Shown here: positions 52,727 to 64,000 of the stretch, piece after piece | Layout of the letters: each line of letters starts with the position of its first letter | Position numbering within the stretch: the first letter of the stretch is position 1 | Translations under genes and position numbers: made by a program | Source of the DNA: Octopus sinensis | Lineage: Eukaryota | NCBI RefSeq assembly: GCF_006345805.1 | Contig: NC_043022.1 | Span: 6,386,001 to 6,450,000, forward strand | DNA: 64,000 bases | Direction of reading: 5' to 3' | The notes under the pieces: generated by a model | The model's input: only the letters and a program-made list of their open reading frames with translations | Database searches by the model: none | Told to the model about the DNA's origin: nothing

Positions 52727-53332
52727 AATGCAAAACAACCATTCTTTAAACTTTCTCATTTTTTCTCTTGTTTGTTTACGTCGTCTGTCGGTCTCCATGT
52801 TTTCAAAGTTTTCATTGAGCAGACGATAATTGATTCACTAAGGCGCATGCGTTAAGTGAGAAGCGAGAGAAAAAGGAAAGCAAAAAAAAAAAGCACAATT
52901 TTTCACTGTCCAACCCCCGCCTCCTCCCTTAACTAATATCTCTACTGACACCGTTACCACCACCATCGTCACCACCACTACTACCACCATCACCGCCGCT
53001 TTAACCAGTATTCCTACTGACACCACCACCATAGTTATTGCTAACAAGGCTCTGTACTAAAGTTCATAACCAAAACTCTGCAGGCATTGCGATGCCCCAT
53101 ATCAGCCCTTTTTGAGCAGACGTATGATGATCGAAAGACATTTCGTCTGTGAGACCATTCCAATTTCCATTTCTTTTTTTTTTTTTTTTTTTTCAGTATT
53201 TTGTGGTACCATTTAAGAAAGTCCGGGTGGTGTGATTATAAATAGATTTGACTGCTACTTCTAGCAAGACGATCACACAGAATTGCCCTCGTAAATGCGC
53301 GCGTGTGTGTGTGTGCGCGCGCTCATGTGTTT

Positions 53333-53369
<37 letters not shown>

Positions 53370-53790
53370 TTCTATTGTGTGTGTATTTGTGGTGGATTTT
53401 TGTTGTAACTGTTATCGAGACATTCCAGTCGTGACCATTTCCTCAATTTGTTTAGACATGTTTGTAGGGCAACATTAATCAGCGATATGGCCTGCAATTT
53501 GGTAGGGCGTGAGGATTTCAAGGAGGTGTGTGTAGGGGGGGGAGCTTATATGTCTGTATTTATGTGTGTGTGTGTGTTTACGTGTGTGTGTGTGTGTGTG
53601 TGTGTTTTATATGTTTGTGTTTATGTGTGTCCATTAGCACATCCTGTACGTGTGGCAACGTCGAGGAGGAAATGACAAATAAAAGGCCAGAAACCCTTCC
53701 AATTACACTAAAGGTTCCGTAATGGTAACTCTACAGACATATTTATGTATTGGGAGGCGAGGGGGGAGGAGGCGGCAGAGAGTTAGAGAC

Positions 53791-54120
53791 TGGAGTGGGA
53801 GTAGGAGTGGATGAGAGTAACAGATAGAGAGAAAGGGGGAGGCTGAGAGGTAGATATTGGAGTGGGAGTAGGAGTGGATGAGAGTAACAGATAGAGAGAA
53901 AGGGGGAGGCTGAGAGGTAGATATTGGAGTGGGAGTAGGAGTGGATGAGAGTAACAGATAGAGAGAAAGGGGAGGCTGAGAGGTAGATATTGGAGTGGGA
54001 GTAGGAGTGGATGAGAGTAACAGATAGAGAGAAAGGGGAGGCTGAGAGGTAGATATTGGAGTGGATGAGAGTAACAGATAGAGAGAAAGGGGGGAGGCTG
54101 AGAGGTAGATATTGGAGTGG
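53791..54120. repeat. 66-67-bp purine-rich minisatellite, about 5 copies
   Basis: Unit starts at 53791, 53858, 53925, 53991, 54057. Confidence 0.92.
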
Positions 54121-54294
54121 GAGAGGGTAAGAATAAGAGAGAGAGAGAGAGAGGGGGGGAGAAACAGACATAGATGTTGATGAGGAAGCGGGAGTAGATG
54201 AAATAGAGGAGAGAGGGCGGCAGGGTAGATGTGAATGAGGAAGTAGGAGGAGGTATAAGCAAAGAGAGGAATGGTGTCAGACAGTGATTGTGTG

Positions 54295-54326
<32 letters not shown>

Positions 54327-54619
54327 CGTGTGTGTTCCAATGTTTTCGCCATTAGATATAACCTATAGCCACAGTAGAGATATAAACAGTGATTAGATGA
54401 AACTTTGGAGGATTAATGGATTAACTTAATTCCTTGATCCAAGAAGCATGGGAGACAACTCCGATCAGCGACCAGACGTGAAACAGTCATCGCCAGATGT
54501 GCCTATGTGTATATATGTGTATATATGCATGTGTTCGTATGTGTGCATATTGTACGAGTGTCTGTATGTGTAAATGATAACAAACTGATATAAATATTTA
54601 TGCAACGAATAGACATTTT

Positions 54620-55057
54620 TGGCGATCTTTCGTCTCTAGTAGACCTTTCCGTCGATTTCCGTAAAAAAAATTTTTTTTTTTTTACATATGGGCTTGCGGG
54701 AACATTTGAAGTAATGAGAGCGAAAGAGACTAAGAGAAAGCGATTGTATGACGAGGGAAGTTCTTTTGAAGTTACCGTGCATGGAAAGCATTGATGTACA
54801 TGTGTGTGTGTGTGTGTGTGTGTGTTTGATGGGGTGTGGGAGACAGACAGTATGTTGTGTAAGTGAAGTGCTTCTGTTAGTGTGTGTGAAGAGACAGAGT
54901 AATGTGTGAAAGAAAGAGATAACTGAAATTTTTTACTCGGTGTATGTGTATATGTATGTATATTACTTCAAAAGTTCCCGCAAGCCCATATGTAAAAAAA
55001 AAAAAAATTTTTTTACGGAAATCGACGGAAAGGTCTACTAGAGACGAAAGATCGCCA
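54620..55057. mobile_element. Same MITE family, copy B, opposite orientation
   Basis: Same TIRs; exact 6-bp flanking duplication CATTTT. Confidence 0.85.
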
Positions 55058-55263
55058 CATTTTTATTCATTCATTTAGTAGCACTAATGGGTTGCTGAAT
55101 ACTGGGTCTTTGGATTCGATTGTGCTCCGTAGTACACGCCTGACATGAACCTTTATTAATTCCATCAGTGAGCGGGGGGGGGGGAGGTCTTTAATTTATT
55201 GTCAAGTGCAATTATTGTTGTTAAGACAATAGACGTTATTTAATTCTGAACTTTGGCCTAGAA

Positions 55264-55629
55264 CAGTGGTTTGCAACCAGGGTTCCGTGGAACCTTAGAG
55301 TTGCCCCCTACACACACCTCCTTGAAATCACGCCCTACCAAATTGCAGGCCATATCGCTGATTAATGTTGCCCTACAAACATGTCTAAACAAATTGAGGA
55401 AATGGTCATGACTGGAATGTCTCGATAACAGTTACAACAAAAATTACCACAAATACACACACCTTAGAGTTCCGCAAGAAGTTACAAAACTGCTAAAATC
55501 GGCAGTAATTTTTAATTCTCCTGTGCAGATATGTGTGCATAAGACTATTAAATTATTGCACAGGGGTTCCTCGAGCGAGTGGAATGTTTCCTTGGGGTTC
55601 CGCTCCAGCAAAAAGTTTGAAAAGCACTG
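55264..55629. mobile_element. hAT-type MITE
   Basis: CAGTG...CACTG termini with exact 8-bp TSD GCCTAGAA. Confidence 0.88.
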
Positions 55630-55805
55630 GCCTAGAATGCCGTAGATGTGAAGGGAACTCGTATAGTCAATGGAACTGACTCCAGTGAATGACTGGTACT
55701 TGCTTTAATCGAAGATGGGAGCCCAGTCAGAGTTACGGATTTGAAAACTGCCCTGGAATAAATACAGAGAATCCCCCTGCTATTGAATATGTACACAAAT
55801 AGCAC

Positions 55806-56535
55806 AAGGAATACTGGTGGGACATTCCCATCAAAACATCCGTCAACTGTAAGCATAACAGGCCAGATATTGTTGTTTAGGACAGACAAGAAAAAGCATG
55901 CACAGTCATGGAGGTCAACTCCCTTGTTGACATGAATATCGCTTCGAAAATGAAAGAATTAAAATAAAGACAACTTCTTCAAAGCTGTTTGCTTCTCTAT
56001 CATCGTCATCCATTGTCCATGCTGGCATGGGTTGGACGGTTCAACTGGGCTGGCATGCTGGAAGGCTGCACCAGGATCCAGTCTGATTTGGCATGGTCAC
56101 CTACAGCTGGATACCCTTCCTAACACCAACCACTCTGACAGTGTAATAGGTGTGTTTACATTCCACCGGCATGGGTGCCACTTGTATCACACCAGTGTCT
56201 GCCACAACTGCGATTTTGCTTGGCTTGATGGGTCTTCTTCTCAAGCATGACATACTCCCAAAAGTCTTGGTCATTGCCTCCATGAGGCCCAACGCTCAAA
56301 AGGAACTCAGCCACCCCGCTATGTGACTCGTTCGAAAGGAACAAGATTATAAGTCACATTTATACCAATGGTAATTGGTTCTCTTGGTTTTGTGAGCGAA
56401 TGCTTAAGTGGCAATGTGGATAAGCTAGGGTTTTCAGAAAAAAGGAACCGGCAAGCTAATTAACACATTAGAAACACAGTCTGTAAGTGGAACTGTAGAA
56501 ATGTGCAAGACATTCGTCAAGTTTAAAGTGTGACA
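55806..56535 (+). mobile_element. Relic of an R4/NeSL-like non-LTR element restriction-like endonuclease domain, split by an RTE tail
   Basis: YWWDIPIKT...HNRPDIVV*D...MEV then VTFIPMVIGSLG...GTVEMCKTF after the insertion. Confidence 0.75.
55995..56335 (-). mobile_element. 3' end of a second RTE-like family (ccgtccaacccatgc tail); further copies at 43440-43760, 57358-57655, 57915-58015
   Basis: Shared tail with (GAT)n end; remnants of the GLMEAMT...EKKTHQAK C-terminus. Confidence 0.7.
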
Positions 56536-57209
56536 TTTTGGTTTGTTATCTGCACATTGCAATGGCGGAGCTTTGTATCTTTGTTAGAAACCAGCTCCTT
56601 CTTCAGAGGAAGATTTTGAAAGAATTAAAAATACAAGAGAACATACCTGCATACATTACATTACATTACATACCTACACACATACATACACACATTCATA
56701 CATTCACACACACACACACAAAGATACATACATACATACATACATACATACATACAAGCATACATACAAGCATACATACACACAGACATACACACACACA
56801 TACACACATACATACATACACACAATCATTCATACATACATTCACACACATACATACACACATTCATACATACACACACACACACACACACAAAGATACA
56901 TACATACATACATACATACATACACACATACACACATACATACACACATACATACACACAATCATTCATACATACATTCACACACATACATACTCGTATA
57001 GACTCAGTCAAAAGTTAGTCAGCACTTCAAATAAGGAGTTACTAAGACTGAGTCATGAGTGAGAGGTGAGGAAAGAGGAAGGAAGGGAGGGAAGGAATGC
57101 GGGGAGAGAGAGAGGGGTAGAGAGAACTGCTGTGTGAGTGAGTAACAGGTATAAAGAGAGTGACGGTAAGAGGAGAAAGAGAGAAAACACTGACTGATGT
57201 AGAATAATA

Positions 57210-57241
<32 letters not shown>

Positions 57242-57668
57242 TTTACATACGTCCATTACATAGATGCACATAGGTGAAGACTGCTCCATCTTAGAAATGA
57301 TTGCCATCTCTCAGCTTCCAAGTTATCAATGACGTTTCTGACCCTCCATATATGACCTCATCATCATCGTTTAACGTCCGTTTTCCGCGCTAGCACGGGT
57401 TGGACGGTTCGACCGGGGGTCTGGGAAGCCAGGAGGCTGCACCAGGCTCCGGTCTTATCTGGCAATGTTTCTACAGCTGGATGCCCTTCCTAACGCCAAC
57501 CACTCCGTGAGTGTAGTGGGTGCTTTTTACGTGCCACCTGCACAGGTGTCAGGCAAGGCTGGCAACAGCCACGGTCAGATTGGTGTATTTTATGTGCCAC
57601 CGGCACGGAAGCCAGTCGAGGCGGTGCTGGCATCGGCCACGAGTCGGATAGTGCTATATATATATATA

Positions 57669-57743
<75 letters not shown>

Positions 57744-58030
57744 TGATACATACATAAAAATTCTTATGTAGGCACAGGCGTGGTTGTGGGGTAAGAAGCT
57801 TGCTTCCCAACCACATGGTTCCAGGTTCAGTCCCACTACATGACACCTTGGGCAAATGTGTTCCACTTGAGTCTTGGTCCAACCAAAGCCTTGTGAGTAG
57901 ATTTGGTAAGAAGAAGCCCATCATATCATCATCATCGTTTAACATCCGCCTTCCATGGCGGCATGGGTTGGACGGTTTGACAAAAGCTGGCCAGGCAGGA
58001 GCCTGTCCCAGACTTTTGTGTATGATGATC

Positions 58031-58064
<34 letters not shown>

Positions 58065-58240
58065 TAGGTTATAAAATGAGATAGGGGTTGAAAATTCAAC
58101 CCACCATGGGATAATATATATCCAATATACTGCTAGATAGGTACCCAACAAAATTAATACATAGATGTTAAAAATTGTCAAACAATCAGTTCATCTTTTG
58201 CATTATATGGGTAAAGGTAATAATATTACCGTAAATTAAT

Positions 58241-58633
58241 ACTACAAAATTAGAGAATGGAGAAATATACTTAAATCAGTAAAACATCAACTATCCGATG
58301 ATACTCAATCCATACTTTAATACACCATTACATATGAGTAAAGGCAATACATAAAATGAAATGAGATATACAGTAATAGTAAAAAGATAAAGAGATATAA
58401 GTAAAAAATTTTCAAATATAATATGCAAATAAATAAATTTTTTTATTTGCATATTATATTTGAAAATTTTTTACTTATATCTCTTTATCTTTTTACTATT
58501 ACTGTATATCTCATTTCATTTTATGTATTGCCTTTACTCATATGTAATGGTGTATTAAAGTATGGATTGAGTATCATCGGATAGTTGATGTTTTACTGAT
58601 TTAAGTATATTTCTCCATTCTCTAATTTTGTAG

Positions 58634-58634
<1 letters not shown>
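58241..58634. repeat. Palindrome, 193-bp arms and 8-nt centre, ending in (TA)n
   Basis: 58241-58433 is the reverse complement of 58442-58634; no mismatch noticed. Confidence 0.93.
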
Positions 58635-58684
<50 letters not shown>

Positions 58685-60709
58685 TTGTCATCAAAAAAGG
58701 GGGTAGAATTAATTAATTGTTAATAATTCTATATATACATATATATATATATATATACTCTTTACTCTCTTTTACTTGTTTCAGTCATTTGACTGCGGCC
58801 ATGCTGGAGCACCGCCTTTAGTCGAGCAAATCAATCCCGGGACTTATTCTTTGTAAGCCCAGTACTTATTCTATCGGTCTCTTTTGCCGAACCGCAGCAT
58901 GGCCGCAGTCAAATGACTGAAACAAGTAAAAAGAGAAAAAGAGAAATATACATGAGAGGCTAGGGGTTAATGTAAACACAACTAAAGTGGACCTTTATAA
59001 AAAGGAAAACTGTTCACCCCCTGACATAGGTGAGTATTTGTGATTTTGTCAGTGGCAGGGGTTTACGAGTAATTTGCTCTTCTCGAAATAAAGGACGCAA
59101 AGTCAACTTAGGTGAAAGATGTTTATCTTGTGTTTCTCGACTGGAGAATATAATTGCTATTTAAAGTTATACGAAAGCAGCAAGTTATATGCTGTGACCT
59201 TTCTAGATGTTGTTGATGATTTGCTGGGCCAGTTTTATTCAGGATTTTCTGGTTTATGTTGGATATAAAAGTTGGCCAGTTTTCTATTATTATTTTGTTA
59301 TTTAGTTGAAGGTGAGATTTATCTCTGTTGGGTGTTGCAGTCATTCTAGATGTGCTTCTCTCTTATTTTTATTATCAATTTGCCTGTTTCAGTCGTGTAA
59401 TTAGGGTTGTTGTATGTTTTTCTTTTTTATGTTGTTATTTTTCATGCTTTTTTGGTGGGGAATTAACATATATTTTGCTGAACGTGTGTAGTGCAGTCGC
59501 TTAACCCCAGGTCAGGCCTCACTGAGCAGACATATGATCAAATGTGTTTCAGCTATGATCATGCCATCTTTTTCCTTTTTTTTTAGATTTACATCAGCAT
59601 TTTTCAGTGTCCTTCACATCTTTATGATAATTGGATGTTATTTGATGAAGATTTGGTTGCTATTTCATGCAGATCAAGTGCTTAATTGGAGACTCTTAGT
59701 TGGTGATTATGTTATTGTGAAATGTGTTGTACTATAGTGTTGATGTTGGTGTTGTTGAATGTATGGTACTGTGGTGCTGGTGACTATGATGTTGTTGAGT
59801 GAATATACTATAGTAGTGAAGGTACATGGCTTAGCGGTTAAGACATTCCGCTCATGATCGAAAGGTCATGAGTTCAATTCCCGGCAATGCACTGTGTCCT
59901 TGGGCAAGACACTTTATTTCACGCTGCTCCAGTCCACTCAGCTGGCAAAAATGAGTAGTACTTGTATTTCGAAAGGGGTCAGCCTTGTCACATTCTGTGT
60001 CACGCTGAATCTTCCTGAGGACTACGTTAAGGGTACATGTGTCTGTGGAGCACTCAGCCACTTGCACGTTCATTTCACAAGCAGGCTGTTCTGTTGGTTG
60101 TATCAGCTGGGACCCTCATCCCAGATGGGACCCTCATCGTCGTAACCAATCAAGTGCTCCTTTATACTGTAATAGAAATTGTCATGTTGTTGAAAGTATT
60201 ATATTACAGCATCACATTATCAACCAGAACATCAGATGCTGTTATACACCGCTGATCACATGGCGCTTCAAGTTCTGTCTTAACTGTGCCATTCTTTACT
60301 ATCGGCACCCAAATTGCTTTGTGACTACATCCATTTTTAAAATATTATCAAATGTAAGAACTGCAATTGTGTCTTCCTTACCAGAATTAGTTCCACCAAG
60401 AATTCAGAAGTCTTTGAAGTGCTTTTGCTTTGTTTCTTAATGTCTACTTATTCTATCGGTTTCTTTAGCTGAACCACTAAGTTATGGGGATGTAAACACA
60501 CCAACATCGGTTGTCAAGTGATGGTGGGGGGACAAACACACACGCACGCACACACACATATAATATATAAAGTGTGTGGCTGTGTGGTAATTAGCTTACT
60601 TACCTACCACATAGTTCCGGGTTCAGGGCATATCTCCTCCCTATATTAACCATACTGAGCACCCCTGCCCTGCACTAATCCTTTCTCCCAGTCCTTCTTC
60701 TGCCTTCCT

Positions 60710-61719
60710 TGAATTCCCTCCTATTCCTTCCTTTTCTCTGCACCAGTCATCTCCTGGCTGTTCAGAAAGAACCACACTAACCCCCAACTCAATGTGGTCC
60801 CTGAATTCCCTCCTATTCCTTCCTTTTCTCTGCACCAGTCATCTCCTGGCTGTTCAGAAAGAACCACACTAACCCCCAACTCAATGTGGTCCCTGAATTC
60901 CCTCCTATTCCTTCCTTTTCTCTGCACCAGTCATCTCCTGGCTGTTCAGAAAGAACCACACTAACCCCCAACTCAATGTGGTCCCTGAATTCCCTCCTAT
61001 TCCTTCCTTTTCTCTGCACCAGTCATCTCCTTGCTGTTCAGAAAGAACCACACTAACCCCCAACTCAATGTGGCCCCTGAATTCCCTCCTATTCCTTCCT
61101 TTTCTCTGCACCAGTCATCTCCTGGCTGTTCAGAAAGAACCACACTAACCCCCAACTCAATGTGGTCCCTGAATTCCCTCCTATTCCTTCCTTTTCTCTG
61201 CACCAGTCATCTCCTGGCTGTTCAGAAAGAACCACACTAACCCCCAACTCAATGTGGTCCCTGAATTCCCTCCTATTCCTTCCTTTTCTCTGCACCAGTC
61301 ATCTCCTGGCTGTTCAGAAAGAACCACACTAACCCCCAACTCAATGTGGTCCCTGAATTCCCTCCTATTCCTTCCTTTTCTCTGCACCAGTCATCTCCTG
61401 GCTGTTCAGAAAGAACCACACTAACCCCCAACTCAATGTGGTCCCTGAATTCCCTCCTATTCCTTCCTTTTCTCTGCACCAGTCATCTCCTGGCTGTTCA
61501 GAAAGAACCACACTAACCCCCACTCAATGTGGTCCCTGAATTCCCTCCTATTCCTTCCTTTTCTCTGCACCAGTCATCTCCTGGCTGTTCAGAAGAACCA
61601 CACTAACCCCCAACTCAATGTGGTCCCTGAATTCCCTCCTATTCCTTCCTTTTCTCTGCACCAGTCATCTCCTGGCTGTTCAGAAAGAACCACACTAACC
61701 CCCAACTCAATGTGGTCCC
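60710..61719. repeat. 92-bp tandem repeat, 11 nearly identical copies
   Basis: Unit starts at 60710, 60802 ... 61446, 61537, 61628; very few variants. Confidence 0.97.
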
Positions 61720-62299
61720 TTTTGGAGGTCCTGCAGTCACTCTAGACACAGCTCTTTCCTCTGGACAAAACCAAGATTTTACCAATATTTCACACATCAT
61801 GCCTGGGGATTATGTTGGAAGAGCTGAGGGTAAAATTAGGTCCTGACGGGCCCCTTTCCCCTAACATTGCAGCCCTTGTGCCAAAATTTGTAAGTAGTAG
61901 TAGCATTCATAAGATGGAGAGCTGACAGAAATCATTGTTTTACAGGAGAAAATGCTTTGTGGCAGTTGTGTTGATTTTGTGTTTTGAGTTCAAATTTCAC
62001 CAAGTTCATCTTTGCCTGTCATCCTTTCAGATGAACCCTGATGGTCAATGTTATCTCCATCCCCTGAAATTGCTGACCTTGTCCCAGAATTTGAAGCTAA
62101 AAGCAGCAAGCTGCCACAATCAGTGCAATGCTGGGCAAAACGCTAAGCAGTATTTCATTCTGAGTTTAAATTCTGGCGAGGTGGACTTTGCCTTTCATCC
62201 TTTCATGGTGATAAAGTAAGTACCAGTGGAATACTGGGGTCAATGTAATTGACTAACCCTGAAATCCATACTATTGCCCTTGAGCCTATAGTATGAAGG

Positions 62300-62331
<32 letters not shown>

Positions 62332-62391
62332 CATTCTAATTATTATTATTATTATATTATTATTATTATTATTATTATTATATTATCATTA

Positions 62392-62443
<52 letters not shown>

Positions 62444-62992
62444 GAGTGAGAGAGCAGTGCATGCCATCAAAGTGACACTGGGGTAAAATATACGAAGCCC
62501 AATATACCCATCATGACTACCCGTCTGATAAGGGTACACCAGGCACATGCATCACAACCATATGTGCGCGACATGGTGATCTCATATCAAGATAAACAGC
62601 ACATGACCTTGCAGGTGGGGCCCAGTTAGAATTTTCTTCAGGTTGAGTAGCCCATCCCACTCAAAAGGTCCCTGAATAAGAGTTGTTTAAGGATGTTGAA
62701 AGAACCACCCATGTTTCCAGAGGTGAATTATTCAAACCCCAAAGAATTCCTCTCAGCACATGGCTATGATGCTCCCCCACTACTTCTGCTCGTGATCAGA
62801 GATGGACATATCATCAGCCACTAAGGGACATGCTCAACTGGTTAAGGTCAAACAACTGACAAGCAAATCTGTGGTATTGAGCAGAATATTTGCTGTAGCC
62901 CATCTTTTATACCAAGACAAAACAATGTACATGATAACACTTCCAATCAGTTAAGATCAGAAGCCATGAGAGCCACTGCCTGGTACTGCATC
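62444..62992. mobile_element. Interspersed repeat of about 550 bp inserted in (TAT)n
   Basis: Unique-looking core bounded on both sides by (TAT)n; recalled as a common octopus repeat, class unknown. Confidence 0.5.
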
Positions 62993-63026
<34 letters not shown>

Positions 63027-63299
63027 GTTATTATTATTATCATTAAGACAGTGAGCTCACAGAATCATTAGCACACCTGGTAAAATGCTAAGCAGCATTC
63101 CATTCATCTTCAGGTTCGGAGTTCAAATACCATCAAAGTCAATTTTGCCTTTCATCCTTTCGGGGTTGTGAAATAAATACCATTTGAAGATTGGGGTTGA
63201 TGTAATCGGCTCATCCCTTCCTCCAAATTTGAGGCTTTGTGCTGCTTCCAGTAGAAAGGATTATTATTATCATTATTATTATTATTATCATCATCATCA

Positions 63300-63304
63300 T
63301 TATC

Positions 63305-63342
<38 letters not shown>

Positions 63343-63960
63343 TGGTGGTGGTGGTGGTGGCGGCGGCGGCGGCGGCGGTGGTGGCAGTGGTGGTGGTGAT
63401 GGCGGTGGCGGTGGCGGCAGTTGCAGCGGCGGCGGTGGTGGTGGCGGCGGCAGTGGAGGTGGTGGTGGTGGTGGTGGTGGTGGTGGTGGTGGCGGCGGTG
63501 GCGGTGGCGGTGGTGGCGGTGGTGGTGGTGGTGGTGGTGGTGGTGGCGGTGGCGGCGGCAGTGGAGGTGGTGGTGGTGGTGGTGGTGGTGGTGGTGGTGG
63601 CGGTGGTGGCGGTGGTGGCGGTGGTGGTGGTGGTGGCGGTGGCGGTGGTGTGGTGGTGGTGGTGGTGGTGGTGGCGGCGGCGGCGGCGGTGGTGGTGGTG
63701 GGTGGTGGTGGTGGTGGTGGTGTGGTGGTGGCTGTGGCGGTGGTGGTGGTGGTGGTGGCGGCGGCAGCGGTGGTGGTGGTGGTGGTGGTGGTGGTGGCAG
63801 TGGTGGTGGCGGTGGTGGTGGTGGTAGTGGTGGTGGCAGTGGCGGCGGCAGCGGTGGTGGTGGTGGTGGTGGCAATGGTGGTGGTGGTGGTGGTGGTGGT
63901 GGTGGTGGCAGAGGTGTCGGTGGCAGCGGCAGTTGCGGTGGTGGTGGTGGTGGTGGTGGT
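63300..63960. repeat. (AGT)n then (GGT/GGC)n triplet repeat
   Basis: Direct reading. Confidence 0.95.
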
Positions 63961-64000
63961 GTCTTTTTAATTGGTGTACCTTTATTATTGGTGTATGATG

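Noticed and set aside
60710-61719. CRISPR-like array or repeated 68-aa ORFs
   Set aside because: Units are contiguous with no unique spacers, the DNA is eukaryotic, and the ORFs arise from frame rotation of a 92-bp unit
63239-63970. Gly-rich, Val-rich and Pro/His-rich ORFs
   Set aside because: Pure triplet repeat

Overview
Repeat-dense animal genomic DNA, most likely an octopus (inference from recalled SINE sequences). One spliced gene can be reconstructed on the + strand (about 4123-27469, 10 proposed coding exons, about 389 aa): signal peptide, ZP-N and ZP-C (VERL/VEZP-like zona pellucida module), RXXR site, linker and C-terminal transmembrane helix. The model has one apparent 1-nt frameshift in exon 7 and one weakly supported exon (exon 5). 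The rest is mostly transposable elements: at least three tRNA-derived SINE families, RTE LINE 3' ends (one with three C2H2 fingers), an R4/NeSL-like endonuclease relic, a decayed Gypsy element with a nested solo LTR, two non-autonomous Helitrons, several MITEs, minisatellites and long microsatellites. The most striking non-genic signal is a set of long palindromic elements embedded in or beside (TA)n. One carries a complete minimal type I hammerhead ribozyme on the minus strand and a near-complete copy on the plus strand, and degenerate hammerhead cores occur elsewhere, pointing to a Penelope/retrozyme-like family. Two stretches (24335-25440 on +, 29345-31080 on -) look like frame-disrupted coding sequence that I cannot assign. 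All calls were made by eye. Homopolymer differences between palindrome arms suggest the assembly contains indel errors.
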